The notes under the pieces are model-generated. The model was not told where the DNA came from, made no database searches, and saw only the letters and a list, made by a program, of their open reading frames with translations. DNA of 64,000 nucleotides from contig JBGARZ010000026.1 in assembly GCA_044229975.1 (NCBI GenBank), positions 62,728-126,727 of the forward strand. The letters run 5' to 3'. Source of the stretch: Polyangiales bacterium (GTDB taxonomy: Bacteria; Myxococcota_A; Polyangia; Polyangiales; Ga0077539). The position numbers were made by a program, and so were the translations under genes. Numbering within the stretch: position 1 is the first letter of the stretch; the number at the start of each line of letters is the position of its first letter. Below, one piece after another: positions 9,139 through 18,833 of the stretch.

Positions 9139-9888
9139 ATGCCGTGTGAGCCCGCCGACGCAGCGTCTCCTCCGCGCCCCTCGACGGGTGCGCCGGCGCG
9201 CTCGCGCGGGTTCACGCTCCTCGAGATCATGATCGTGGTGCTGCTCGCGGGGCTCATGGCGTCGAGCGCGGTGGTGGGCTTCGGCGCCACCCGCCGCGGT
9301 CGCCTGCGGGCGGGCGCCGCGAGGGTCGCCGCGGCGATGCGCTTCGCCTACGTGCACGCGCTCACCACGGGCCGGGCGACGCGCCTCGTGATCTCCCTCG
9401 GCGACAACAAGATCTGGCTGGAGGACACCGAGGACGCGCACGTGCTCGACCCCAACGACCCGCTGCGCGCGGGCGGGGCGGTCATCGACGCGGCGCAGGT
9501 GGAGGAGCTCGCGCGGCGCGAGGCGGCGGCCATCAACGAGATGCGTCCGCGGGCGCCGCGGGCGGAGTTCGCGCGGCCGGCGGGCAACCGCTACCGGGTG
9601 CGCGAGCTGGAGGGCGTGGTGTTCTCGCGGCTGTACACGTCGCACGACGCCGAGCCGAGGGTGCGCGGCGACGGGTACGTGTTCTTCTTCACGGGCGGGG
9701 CGGCCGAGCCCGCGGTGGTGCACCTCCAGGGCGGCAACGACGAGACGTACTCCGTGATGCTGCACGGCGCGTCGGGTCGGCCGGAGATCTTCGACCACGC
9801 CATCGAGCTTCCTTCCATCGACGAAAACGCCAGCGACGAGCGCGACACCGACCTGCGCGACCAGACCATCCACGAGGCGGCGCCGTGA
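9139..9888 (+). CDS. gspH: Minor pseudopilin H
   Basis: RG|FTLLEIMIVV; position after gspG. Confidence 0.8.
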   Translation: MPCEPADAASPPRPSTGAPARSRGFTLLEIMIVVLLAGLMASSAVVGFGATRRGRLRAGAARVAAAMRFAYVHALTTGRATRLVISLGDNKIWLEDTEDAHVLDPNDPLRAGGAVIDAAQVEELARREAAAINEMRPRAPRAEFARPAGNRYRVRELEGVVFSRLYTSHDAEPRVRGDGYVFFFTGGAAEPAVVHLQGGNDETYSVMLHGASGRPEIFDHAIELPSIDENASDERDTDLRDQTIHEAAP

Positions 9889-10718
9889 GCAAGCGCGGAC
9901 AGGCTGGCTTCACGCTCATCGAGGTGATGTTCGCCATCGCGATCCTGGCGATGGCGATGACGGTGGTGTTCAGCTCCAACATCATCGCGGCGCGCAGCAC
10001 CATGCACTCGCGCGAGCTCACCCGCGCGACGCTGATGGCGCGCTGCCGGCTCACCGAGGTCGAGGCGTACCTCGTCCGCAACCAGCTCCCGCCCACCGAC
10101 CAGACGCTCGAAGACCCGGCGCAGACGGGCGAAGAGCCCTGCTGCACCGACGGCGTCGTCTGCGAGGCCAAGGTCGAGCGCATCGAGCTCCCCAACCCCG
10201 CGACGGTCGAGACCGCGGCGGGCAACCAGATGCTCGGTCAGGCCGCGGGCGCAGCAGCGGCGGCGGGATCATCTTTCGGCGGAGCGACCGGCGTGCGCTC
10301 GTCGGGCGACGGCGGCACACCCCTCGGTGCGCTCGCGGGTGCGATGAGCATGATGGGCGGCGCGACCGGCGGCTCCAGCGGTGGCAGCGGGTCGAGCCTC
10401 GCGGGCGCGGGCGCCCCCTCCCCCCGCGACATGGCCGGAACGCTCCTCACCACGGTGTACCCCTCGGTGAAGCCGCTGCTGGAGGGCGCCATCCGTCGGC
10501 TCACCATCACGGTGCGGTGGCACGAGGGCGAGCGCGAGCACTCCTTCGACGTGGTGGAGTACGTCACCAACCCCGGTCAGACGTTGCCGAGCAACGAGCT
10601 CCTCAACCAGTTGCAGGGCGGCGCCGCCGGGCAGACCACGCCGGGCCAGACGACGACGCCGACCAACCAGACCGGGACGGGAACGGCCGCGCCGAGCCTG
10701 CTGGGGTTGCCGCGATGA
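9885..10718 (+). CDS. gspI: Minor pseudopilin I
   Basis: AG|FTLIEVMFAIAILA; IRRLTITVRW; GTGA overlap with gspH. Confidence 0.8.
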   Translation: MSKRGQAGFTLIEVMFAIAILAMAMTVVFSSNIIAARSTMHSRELTRATLMARCRLTEVEAYLVRNQLPPTDQTLEDPAQTGEEPCCTDGVVCEAKVERIELPNPATVETAAGNQMLGQAAGAAAAAGSSFGGATGVRSSGDGGTPLGALAGAMSMMGGATGGSSGGSGSSLAGAGAPSPRDMAGTLLTTVYPSVKPLLEGAIRRLTITVRWHEGEREHSFDVVEYVTNPGQTLPSNELLNQLQGGAAGQTTPGQTTTPTNQTGTGTAAPSLLGLPR

Positions 10719-11416
10719 AGCGATCGCGCGCACGGCGAGGGCTCACGCTGCTGGAGGTGCTCATCGCGTCGGCCATCCTCATCATGGTGTCGACGATGAT
10801 CTGGGCGTCCTTCGACCAGACCTCGCGGCTGCGCGCGCGCATCGGGTACCGCCAGGAAAACGACTACCTCATGCGCACGGCCATGGGGCGCATCACGCGC
10901 GACCTGCGCGGCGCGTACCTCTCGCTGCACGTCAACCAGACGCAGACCCTGCTCGCGGCGACGACGCAGTTCATGGGGCGCGGCGGTGGTTCGGGCGGCT
11001 CGGCGCTCGACATGGCGACGTTTACCCACCGTCGGCTGCGCCGCGGGAGCCACGAGGGCGACGCCTGCGAGGTGGGCTACAGCCTCGGCGAGCGCCGCGG
11101 CTCCAACGGGCGGGGCTTCGACCTCCTGCGTCGCGAGCAGGCGCGCATCGACACCGACCCGCAGCACGGCGGCATCATCGACGTGCTGGTGCCGGGCGTT
11201 CGTCGCTTCGAGCTCAAGTACTACGACGCCACGAGCCAGCAGTGGGTCGACCAGTGGGACACCACGCAGGCCGCCGGGCAGCCCGGACGCCTTCCGGCGG
11301 TGGTGCGGGTGCTCATCGCCATCGAGGAGGGCGAGCGCATGCAGGAGCGCGTCTACAGCACCGAGACGCCGCTCATCATGACCCGCGTGCTCACCTTCGG
11401 ATTGCCCATCTACTGA
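10715..11416 (+). CDS. gspJ: Minor pseudopilin J
   Basis: RG|LTLLEVLIA; ITRDLRGA; FELKYYD..WVDQWD..LPAVVRV; ATGA overlap. Confidence 0.85.
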   Translation: MKRSRARRGLTLLEVLIASAILIMVSTMIWASFDQTSRLRARIGYRQENDYLMRTAMGRITRDLRGAYLSLHVNQTQTLLAATTQFMGRGGGSGGSALDMATFTHRRLRRGSHEGDACEVGYSLGERRGSNGRGFDLLRREQARIDTDPQHGGIIDVLVPGVRRFELKYYDATSQQWVDQWDTTQAAGQPGRLPAVVRVLIAIEEGERMQERVYSTETPLIMTRVLTFGLPIY

Positions 11417-12834
11417 TGACCCCCGAGACCGCCACCCCGAAGCCTCCGCGGAAGCTGCGCCCCAAGCGTCGGCGCGGCGCGGTCGCGTCGCGGGGCAAGC
11501 CCGGCGTGGCGCTCATCATGGTGCTGGCGGCCATCTCGTTGATGTTCGTGCTGGCCGAGCAGACCCGCGACGAGGTGGAGGTCTACGCGCTGTCGGCGGG
11601 CGTCGCGCGCGACCAGCTCATCGCCGAGGCGCAGGCCCGCAGCGCGGTCAACCTCGCGCGGGTGGTGCTCAACGCCGAGCCCGTCATCCGCCGCATCATC
11701 GCGCCCATCCTGACGCCGCTCATGGCCATGATGGGCCGCGGCCTCGCGGCGCCGCCGCAGATCCCGGTGTGGGAGCAGGCCGACCTCATCATCGGACCGT
11801 TTCGCTCGCAGGAGGGTGCTTCGGCGCTGGGTGATCTCGCGCGGGTGAGCTTCGACACGGCGAAGAACCTCGGCGGACTCACGGGGCTCGCGCCGGTGGT
11901 CATCATCGACGAGGACTCGCGCATCAACGTCAACAGCGCGGTGCGCTCGTCGGTGGCGCAGATCCTCCTGGCGCGGCAGCTCTCGGGCCTCGTGGTGAAC
12001 CCCGCGCTCAACGGGTTCTTCGAGCAGCGCGACCCCGACGGGCAGTTCACCGACCGCCCGACGCTGCTCTCCAACGTCATCGACTACATCGACTTCGACG
12101 AGACGGCCTTCGACGCGCAGACGCTGCTCTCCAACAACGGCGGCGTCGCGTCGAGCGCGCCGGAGGACAGCTTCTACCAGCGGCTGCGCCCGGTCGGTCG
12201 GCGCCGCAACGCGCCGCTCGACAGCATCAACGAGCTGAGGATGATTCGCGGCTTCGGCGACGACGACCTCTGGCACTCGGTGGTCGACCCCGACCCCGGA
12301 AACCCCCGGCGGCGCACCATCACGGTGTGGGGTCAGGGGTCGGTCAACGTGAACACCGCCAACGCCCAGACGCTGCTCGCGCTGGTGTGTGCGTACTCGC
12401 CCGACGCGCCGCAGTGCACCGACCCGTCGCAGGCGTCGGTGTTCATCACGACCATCACCATGGTGCAGGGGCTCACGCTCTCCATGGGCATTCCGCTCTT
12501 CACGTCGGCGTCGAACTTCGTCGCCACGGTGCAGGGTCGGCCGCCGCTCGGGCCGATGCTCACGCAGCTCGGGATGCAGCCCTTCGTGGTGCGCGACGCC
12601 GCGGGGCTGGAGCGCTCGGTCACCGTGGAGAGCAAGGTGTTCTCGGTGTACGGCGAGGCCGAGGTGGGCGCGGCGCACGTGCGGGTGCACGCGGTGATCG
12701 ACATGCGACCGCAGCCCGAGCTGCCGTCGACCTTCATGCGGGCGGCCGGAATGAACATCGCAACGACGGCCTCCGGCGGCCTCGGAGTGACGTCCGCGCA
12801 GGGCGGCACCGTGATCTACTGGCGGGAAGACTGA
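11416..12834 (+). CDS. gspK: Minor pseudopilin K
   Basis: PG|VALIMVL with no E5 (typical of GspK); DEDSRININ-like, IDYIDFD, ELRMIRG, VNVNTA. Confidence 0.88.
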   Translation: MTPETATPKPPRKLRPKRRRGAVASRGKPGVALIMVLAAISLMFVLAEQTRDEVEVYALSAGVARDQLIAEAQARSAVNLARVVLNAEPVIRRIIAPILTPLMAMMGRGLAAPPQIPVWEQADLIIGPFRSQEGASALGDLARVSFDTAKNLGGLTGLAPVVIIDEDSRINVNSAVRSSVAQILLARQLSGLVVNPALNGFFEQRDPDGQFTDRPTLLSNVIDYIDFDETAFDAQTLLSNNGGVASSAPEDSFYQRLRPVGRRRNAPLDSINELRMIRGFGDDDLWHSVVDPDPGNPRRRTITVWGQGSVNVNTANAQTLLALVCAYSPDAPQCTDPSQASVFITTITMVQGLTLSMGIPLFTSASNFVATVQGRPPLGPMLTQLGMQPFVVRDAAGLERSVTVESKVFSVYGEAEVGAAHVRVHAVIDMRPQPELPSTFMRAAGMNIATTASGGLGVTSAQGGTVIYWRED

Positions 12835-12841
12835 GGACGGG

Positions 12842-14377
12842 ATGGCGCGCTACCTGGGCATCGAGGTGACGGAGACGCAGCTGAAGGGCGCGGTGTTGAA
12901 GACCGCGTACAAGAAGCTGGTGGTGGAGGGCGCGTTCGCGGTCAACCGACCGCCGGGCCCGGAGGGTCTCACCCACGCGACGCGCGACCTCGCGTCGCTG
13001 GTGCAGGGGCTCCTCGCGAGCACGTCGCCGGGCGCGAAGCCCGCCGAGCTCGACGGCATCTACGCGGCGCTGCCGGGGCACGAGGCGTCGGTGCGCGCCA
13101 TCGAGCTGCCGCGCGTGGTGTGGAAGCGCGGCGAGAAGGCGCTGCTGGCCGAGCTCGAAGGCGCGGTGCCCTTCGACGTCGACGACGCCGTCATCGACGC
13201 GCAGATCACGGCGCCGGGCGACCCGGTTCCGCTGCTGGCGGTGGCGGCGATTCGCGAGCGGGTGAGGTCGCACCTCGACGCGATGATCCTCGGGGGTCTC
13301 GAGCCGCGTGAGCTCGGCGTGGCGCCGATGGCGCTGGGCGAGCTGGCGGCGGAGATCCCCGAGCTGGCGGCCGCGGGCCCGGTGTTGTTGGTCTACGCGC
13401 AGGACGCGCGGGCCGAGGTGGTGGTGCTGAAGGCCGGCGTGACGGTGTTTGCGCGCACGGTGACGGGGCTCACGACACCGGCCGCGAGGGCGCGCGGGAT
13501 GCGGCAGAGCGTCGGCGCGTGGGTGGCGACGGGCGGCGGTCCGATCGAGTGCGCGTACCTCTGCGGCATGGACGCGACCTGGGTGCAGGAGCCCGTGCTG
13601 GAGGCCACGCGGCTGCCGCCCGAGAAGGTGATGCCCATGCCGAGCGGGGCCATCCAGCTCGGCGCGTCGGCGGGGCAGACGGCGCTCTGGGAGTCGCCGG
13701 TGGCGGTGGCGCTCGCGGCGCGGGGCCTCGGGCGCTTCAAGCGCATCGACCTGCGCAAGGGAACCTTCGCGGTGTCGGGCGGCGCCCAGGTGCTGCGCGA
13801 GCGCGCGCCGTACCTGGTGGCGGCGGCGATGGCGATGGTGGCGTTCTGGGGTGTGGCGAGCTGGGCGCGGTACCAGGGGCTCGCGGCCGAGCGCACGCGG
13901 TTGCAGGCCACGCTGCGGACGGTGACGCAGGAGGTGTACGGCGAAGCCATCGACGACCCCGAGCTGGCGATGAGCCGGGCTCGCGGCACCGGGCGCAACG
14001 ACGACGTCGACCCGCTGCCCGCGGCGGACGCGTACGACGTGCTGGGGGTCATCTCGACGCGCATCAACGACACGGTGAGGCACGACGTCGAACAGCTCGA
14101 CATCCGCAACGAGCACGTGCAGATGCAGGGCGTGGTGAACACCCTGGCCGACCGCGACAAGGTGGTGGAGTGGCTCGGGCAGTACCCGTGCTTCCCCGAG
14201 CTGCGGCCCGGGGTCGTGACCACCACGCCGGGCGACAACCGGCAGAAGTACACGTTGGACATCGAGTTCCGGTGCCCGGGGTCGGCGGCCGAGCAGGCGC
14301 GCACCGGGACGACCACCGGGACCACGCGGGCTCCGGGCAGCTCGACGCAAGGAGGCCAGAGTGGCGGCGGCGCTTAG
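12842..14377 (+). CDS. gspL: Type II secretion protein L (actin-like cytoplasmic domain, TM, periplasmic domain)
   Basis: YLGIEV N-terminus of PilM/GspL type, ELEGAVPFDVDD, IDLRKG before the TM; operon position. Confidence 0.8.
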   Translation: MARYLGIEVTETQLKGAVLKTAYKKLVVEGAFAVNRPPGPEGLTHATRDLASLVQGLLASTSPGAKPAELDGIYAALPGHEASVRAIELPRVVWKRGEKALLAELEGAVPFDVDDAVIDAQITAPGDPVPLLAVAAIRERVRSHLDAMILGGLEPRELGVAPMALGELAAEIPELAAAGPVLLVYAQDARAEVVVLKAGVTVFARTVTGLTTPAARARGMRQSVGAWVATGGGPIECAYLCGMDATWVQEPVLEATRLPPEKVMPMPSGAIQLGASAGQTALWESPVAVALAARGLGRFKRIDLRKGTFAVSGGAQVLRERAPYLVAAAMAMVAFWGVASWARYQGLAAERTRLQATLRTVTQEVYGEAIDDPELAMSRARGTGRNDDVDPLPAADAYDVLGVISTRINDTVRHDVEQLDIRNEHVQMQGVVNTLADRDKVVEWLGQYPCFPELRPGVVTTTPGDNRQKYTLDIEFRCPGSAAEQARTGTTTGTTRAPGSSTQGGQSGGGA

Positions 14378-14996
14378 TACGGTACGGGGCGCGTTCGCGG
14401 GGCTGTCGCCGCGCGAGAAGCGGCTGCTCATCGCCCTCGCGGCGGTGTTCGCGACGCTGCTCTTCATGGGCTTCTGGGTGTTTACGAAGCGTCGGCTCGA
14501 CGCGATCGACACCGAGCGCGCGGACATGGTCGAGGCGCTGCGGGTCATCCAGCGGTCGCGTCCGCGCATCGCCGCGCGCAACCAGCAGCGCGACGCGCTC
14601 ATCGCGCGCTACCGCACCAAGGCCCCGCCCCTCACGAGCTACGTCGAGGAGCAGGCGCACGCGGCCAACGTGCAGGTGGTCGAGGCGCGCGACCGTCCCA
14701 ACACCCCGAGCGGCGTGCACTTCACGCAGCGCAGCGTCTCGATCCGTCTACGGCAGGTGAGCCTGGAGGCCATCGCGGACTTCTTCGAGCGCATCGAGGC
14801 CGCGAGCTTCCCCATCGCCATCACGTCGGTGCGCATCCGTCGGCGCTTCGGCGAGGCCAACAAGTACGACGTCGACGACCTCGTGATCACCACCTACGAC
14901 CGCAACACCCAGGCCCGGGTCAACGCCCTGACCGCCGGCTCCGGCAACACCCCCGCGGGCACCACGGGCGCGGCCCGACGCGAGGCGCCGCGATGA
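14361..14996 (+). CDS. gspM: Type II secretion protein M
   Basis: LSPREKRLL followed by TM and coiled coil; operon position. Confidence 0.8.
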   Translation: MAAALSTVRGAFAGLSPREKRLLIALAAVFATLLFMGFWVFTKRRLDAIDTERADMVEALRVIQRSRPRIAARNQQRDALIARYRTKAPPLTSYVEEQAHAANVQVVEARDRPNTPSGVHFTQRSVSIRLRQVSLEAIADFFERIEAASFPIAITSVRIRRRFGEANKYDVDDLVITTYDRNTQARVNALTAGSGNTPAGTTGAARREAPR

Positions 14997-16057
14997 AGGA
15001 GCGACTGCTGGCCCTGCGGCCCATCCTGCTCCGGGTCATCGGGTACCCGGCGTTCTTCATGTTCTTCTTCGTGCTGTTTCTCTACCTGACCTTTCCGTGG
15101 GACCGGCTGCGCGAGTACATCGTCGCGACCGCCGAAGCGCCGCGCCAGACCACCTCCGGGCGCACCACGCCGTCCAACATGGAACTCTCCATCGGCTCGC
15201 TCTCCCCGACCTTCCTCCCCGGGGTCGAGGCGCGCGACGTGCGGGTCACCTTCCTCCCGCAGCGCTCCACCGACCGCCCGACGGTGATGAACCTCGACAA
15301 GCTCCGACTGCGCCTCGGAGTCTTCGCCCTGCTCGCGCAGCGGGCGAGCATCTCGTTCTCGGTCGTCGGCATGGGCGGCACCATCGACGGCAGCGCCTCC
15401 GTCGCCCTCGGCAAGCCCGCCACGCCGCGCATCTCTCCGCTGCGCGCCTTCGAGGTCACCCTCGCGGACGTTCGCGTCGGCGAGGTCGCCCCGCTCGTCG
15501 CGATGGTGGGCCTCCCGCTGGGCGGCAACCTCTCGGGCAACGTCACCGTCGACATCCCCGAAGGCGACGTCTCGCAGACCACCGGCAGCGTGCGGCTCAC
15601 CGCCGACCGCCTCACCGTGGGCAATGGCCAGGCGCAGTTCCAGATCCCCCACTTCGGCGGCGTGACCATCGAGCAGATCCGCGCCGGGCGGCTCACGGCC
15701 AACGCGGACATCCGCCGCGGCGTGGTGCAGTTCACCAGCGTGTCGGCGCACTCCGAGGAGTTCGACCTCCAGATGGACGGCCGCATCGACCTGCGCCCCA
15801 ACTTCGCCGACAGCGCCCTCAACCTCGGGATGCGCTTCCGCCTCACGGACGTCTACCGCGCCAAGAGCGAGCAGGCCGGGCGCATCATGTCGGTGATGGA
15901 CATGGCCCCCGACCTGCGCCGCGCGCGACGCCCCGACGGGCTCTTCGCCTTCCGTTGCAGCGGCACCTTCGACCGCTCCATCAACTGCCCCCCAGACTCC
16001 CGCGCCTCGGCCACCCCTGCTCCAGGCGTCGCCATGCCCGCGGGCTTCGCCCCCTGA
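14993..16057 (+). CDS. gspN: Type II secretion protein N (deltaproteobacterial type)
   Basis: FLYLTFPWDRL motif after the TM; beta-rich AsmA-like body; last gene of the operon. Confidence 0.8.
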   Translation: MKERLLALRPILLRVIGYPAFFMFFFVLFLYLTFPWDRLREYIVATAEAPRQTTSGRTTPSNMELSIGSLSPTFLPGVEARDVRVTFLPQRSTDRPTVMNLDKLRLRLGVFALLAQRASISFSVVGMGGTIDGSASVALGKPATPRISPLRAFEVTLADVRVGEVAPLVAMVGLPLGGNLSGNVTVDIPEGDVSQTTGSVRLTADRLTVGNGQAQFQIPHFGGVTIEQIRAGRLTANADIRRGVVQFTSVSAHSEEFDLQMDGRIDLRPNFADSALNLGMRFRLTDVYRAKSEQAGRIMSVMDMAPDLRRARRPDGLFAFRCSGTFDRSINCPPDSRASATPAPGVAMPAGFAP

Positions 16058-16104
16058 CCACTCGCTCCGCCTTCGCGTCGAAGCGCACATCTGCCCACGT
16101 TTTC

Positions 16105-16120
16105 GGGCGATTTGATTGCT
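16105..16120 (+). promoter_or_regulatory. Candidate sigma54 promoter upstream of the MFS gene
   Basis: GGGCGAT-TTGA-TTGCT: GG-N10-GC spacing with a TTGCT -12 element. Confidence 0.25.
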
Positions 16121-16203
16121 GGTAGGGTCCGACACAATCGCCGGTCGCGAGGGGCTCCAAACTGGATTCCCGCGACGCCCTGCGTAGGATCGTCCCTTCG
16201 CCC

Positions 16204-17469
16204 GTGATGTGGTCCTGGCTCCAACGTCGCCCGCTCGTCGCGTACCTCGCGTACCGCACGCTCGCGCTCACCTGGGCCTTCGCGCCGTTTCAGGTCTCGT
16301 ACCTCCAGCACCGCGGGCTCTCGGTCGCCGACGTCTTCGACCTCAACGTGGTGTTCTGCATCGCCGCGGTCGCCTTCGAGGTGCCCACCGGCATGCTCGC
16401 CGACCGCTACGGCCGCCGGCCCGCCATGAGCGTCGGCGCGTTCGTGATGTCGCTCGCGTGCACGCTCTTCGTCTTCGGCCACTCGTTCAGCGCCTTCGCC
16501 GCGGCCAACGTGCTCTGCGCGCTCTCGATGTGCCTCTCGTCGGGCGCCGACTCGGCCTACCTCTACGACCAGCTCGCCTCGCAGCGGAAGCTCTCGCTCT
16601 ACCCCCGCTGGGAGGGCTGGTCGACCGCCGCCAAGAGCCTCGGCAACCTCGTCGCGGTGCTCCTCGGCGCGCTGCTCTCGCAGTACGTCCACCCCGCGCT
16701 CGCCTTCGTGCTCACGGCCGTCACCACGGCCGTCGCGGGCTTCGTCGCGCTCTCGCTCCCCGAGCGACACACCGTGCACGACGGGCACGTCACGCTGCAC
16801 CTCCGCCGCGCGTTTCACACGCTGCGCACCGACGGTCGGCTCTCCAGCATCGTGGCCTTCGGGGCCGTCGCCTTCGTGCTCCTGCGCCTCTCGCTCTTCG
16901 CCGATCAGCCGCACATCGAGTCGCACCTCCACGGCGACTGGCTGCGCAACCCGTACCTCACCGTCGGCCTCCTCGCCGCCGCCAAGGAGGCGGGCACGGC
17001 GCTCGTCGCGGGCAGCGCGGGGACGCTGTTCTCGCGCGTTCGGTCGCGCACGATCGCGGTGACGCTCGGGGTCGGGCTCACCGCGGCGTACCTGCTCATG
17101 GGCGAGGCCCACGGCGTCGTGTGCATCGTCGTGATGGTGCTGCTCGCCAGCGCCTTCGGCGTGTTTTCGCCGCTCATGCGCGCCCTGATGAACCGCCTCA
17201 TCCCCGACGACCGTGACCGCGCCACGCTGCTGTCCGTCGAGGGCATGGGGCGCCGCCTGCTCTTCGCCGCGATGTCGCCGCTCTTCGGCCGTGCGGTCGA
17301 AGCGTCTTCCCTGCACGCCACCTTCTCTGGCACCGCGTGGGTGGCCGCCGTCGCCTTCGTGGTGCTGGGCGTGTCGGCGTGGTTGGCCTTTCGCGCGCCC
17401 GCCTCCGCCGTCGCAGTCACCTCGACGTCGTCGCGCCCGTCGTCCCCGGCCGTGTCGCTCGCCCGCTGA
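16204..17469 (+). CDS. MFS transporter
   Basis: EVPTGMLADRYGRR (motif A), SGADSAYLYD, RATLLS; about 12 hydrophobic segments. Confidence 0.9.
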   Translation: MMWSWLQRRPLVAYLAYRTLALTWAFAPFQVSYLQHRGLSVADVFDLNVVFCIAAVAFEVPTGMLADRYGRRPAMSVGAFVMSLACTLFVFGHSFSAFAAANVLCALSMCLSSGADSAYLYDQLASQRKLSLYPRWEGWSTAAKSLGNLVAVLLGALLSQYVHPALAFVLTAVTTAVAGFVALSLPERHTVHDGHVTLHLRRAFHTLRTDGRLSSIVAFGAVAFVLLRLSLFADQPHIESHLHGDWLRNPYLTVGLLAAAKEAGTALVAGSAGTLFSRVRSRTIAVTLGVGLTAAYLLMGEAHGVVCIVVMVLLASAFGVFSPLMRALMNRLIPDDRDRATLLSVEGMGRRLLFAAMSPLFGRAVEASSLHATFSGTAWVAAVAFVVLGVSAWLAFRAPASAVAVTSTSSRPSSPAVSLAR

Positions 17470-17473
17470 CGTG

Positions 17474-17818
17474 ATGCGCCACCGGGTCAGGTTCGTGCTC
17501 GACGCGGAGCTGCACGTCGCCCCGATGGTCGACGAGACGGAGCGCGACGAGGCGCCACCCGACGCCATGCGCCGCGAGGAAGAACACCTCGCGCAATGGG
17601 TGCTGATGACCCCGACGCGCATCGACGCGGCGTACGTGTTCGACGCGGCCTACGTCGCGGCGCACCCGGAGAGCCTCGACGAGCGGCACCTCGCGCTGTT
17701 GCATGCGCTGCTGGTGTTCAAGCTCTTCGACGACGGCGAGGTGATCGTTCCGCCGCAGCAGGTGGAGGCCGCGCTGCGGTGGCCTGCGATCGACCGTCCG
17801 CGCCGCGCGCTGCGCTGA
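17474..17818 (+). CDS. Hypothetical protein (114 aa)
   Basis: Starts just after the MFS stop; coding-like codon usage; no recognised motif. Confidence 0.55.
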   Translation: MRHRVRFVLDAELHVAPMVDETERDEAPPDAMRREEEHLAQWVLMTPTRIDAAYVFDAAYVAAHPESLDERHLALLHALLVFKLFDDGEVIVPPQQVEAALRWPAIDRPRRALR

Positions 17819-17854
17819 GTTGTAACCGTGGGCTCGACGGCGCGTAGGTGCACC

Positions 17855-18310
17855 ATGAGCCCGCACACCACATTCGTCGCCGTCGTCCTCGCCGCCCTGC
17901 TCCTCGCGGGCTGCACCGATGATCAAGACCCGGCCGGAGCCGCGATGCTCTGGAACCGCATCCACACCGAGAACTACCGCTCGTGGACCCGCGCGCCGGG
18001 CTACCCCGGCCGACGCGACTCCGACACGCTGCACAGCGATCAGGTGGAGATCTACGTCAACGCGGTGGTCGCCGACGCGCTCGCCGCGGGTCGGCCCCTG
18101 ACGTCGTGGCCCGTCGGGTCGCTCATCGTGAAGGACGGCTGGGACTCCGACGGGCTCGCGCTCGTCGCGGCGATGGAGCGCCGGAGCACCGGCTGGTACT
18201 GGGCCGAGTGGCGACCGACGGGGTCGTCGGCGTACTCGGGCGCGCCGTCGATCTGCATCGACTGTCACGCGTCGGGGCAGGACGGTGTGCGCGCCTTCGG
18301 GCTGCCCTGA
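17855..18310 (+). CDS. Cytochrome P460 / c'-beta family lipoprotein
   Basis: Lipobox LLAGC; NYRSW, PVGSLIVKDG, GWYWAEW, C-terminal CIDCH heme motif. Confidence 0.8.
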   Translation: MSPHTTFVAVVLAALLLAGCTDDQDPAGAAMLWNRIHTENYRSWTRAPGYPGRRDSDTLHSDQVEIYVNAVVADALAAGRPLTSWPVGSLIVKDGWDSDGLALVAAMERRSTGWYWAEWRPTGSSAYSGAPSICIDCHASGQDGVRAFGLP

Positions 18311-18323
18311 CCGAACGCTTGAC

Positions 18324-18833
18324 TCAGCCCGCCTCGGCCATCGCCTCGCCGTGGAAGGCCGACCGTGGGCACAGCGCCTTCACCGTCACCCGGCCCGGCA
18401 CCGAGGTGTCGCACGCCAGCCCGCACCGACCCTCGTACGCGATGCGCGCGAGCCCGAGGCCCGTCGCGCCCGGCCGGTTCTCCGCGTAGACCCGCGCGAG
18501 CGCGGCGGAGTACGCCGCAGCGGGCGTCTCGAAGGACCCCACCCACGCGACCCGCTCCGCCAGCAACGTCATGTGACCGGTGGCCTCGTCGACGACGTTG
18601 GTCACGGCGATCTCCACGCCGTCGTCACGGTGCTCGATGGCGAGCGCCACGCTCGACGCGGGCCGCGAATACTTGATGGCGTTTTCCAGCAGCTCCTCGC
18701 TCACCATCGCGAGCGCGTCGCGCAGGTTGTCGTCGCCGAAGAGCGCCAGCACCAGCAGGCCAACAGCCTCGCGCGCGGGGTCGATCTTCGACCAGTCGGC
18801 CGGGATGTCGAGCGAGAGATGGAGCGCCGTCAC
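18324..18833 (-). CDS. SiaB/Slr1658-like GHKL (anti-sigma-type) Ser/Thr kinase, copy 1
   Basis: N-box EELLENAIKY, VTN, G-box TGLGLARIAYEG; GTGA-coupled to the upstream STAS-like gene. Confidence 0.75.
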   Translation of the reverse strand: MTALHLSLDIPADWSKIDPAREAVGLLVLALFGDDNLRDALAMVSEELLENAIKYSRPASSVALAIEHRDDGVEIAVTNVVDEATGHMTLLAERVAWVGSFETPAAAYSAALARVYAENRPGATGLGLARIAYEGRCGLACDTSVPGRVTVKALCPRSAFHGEAMAEAG

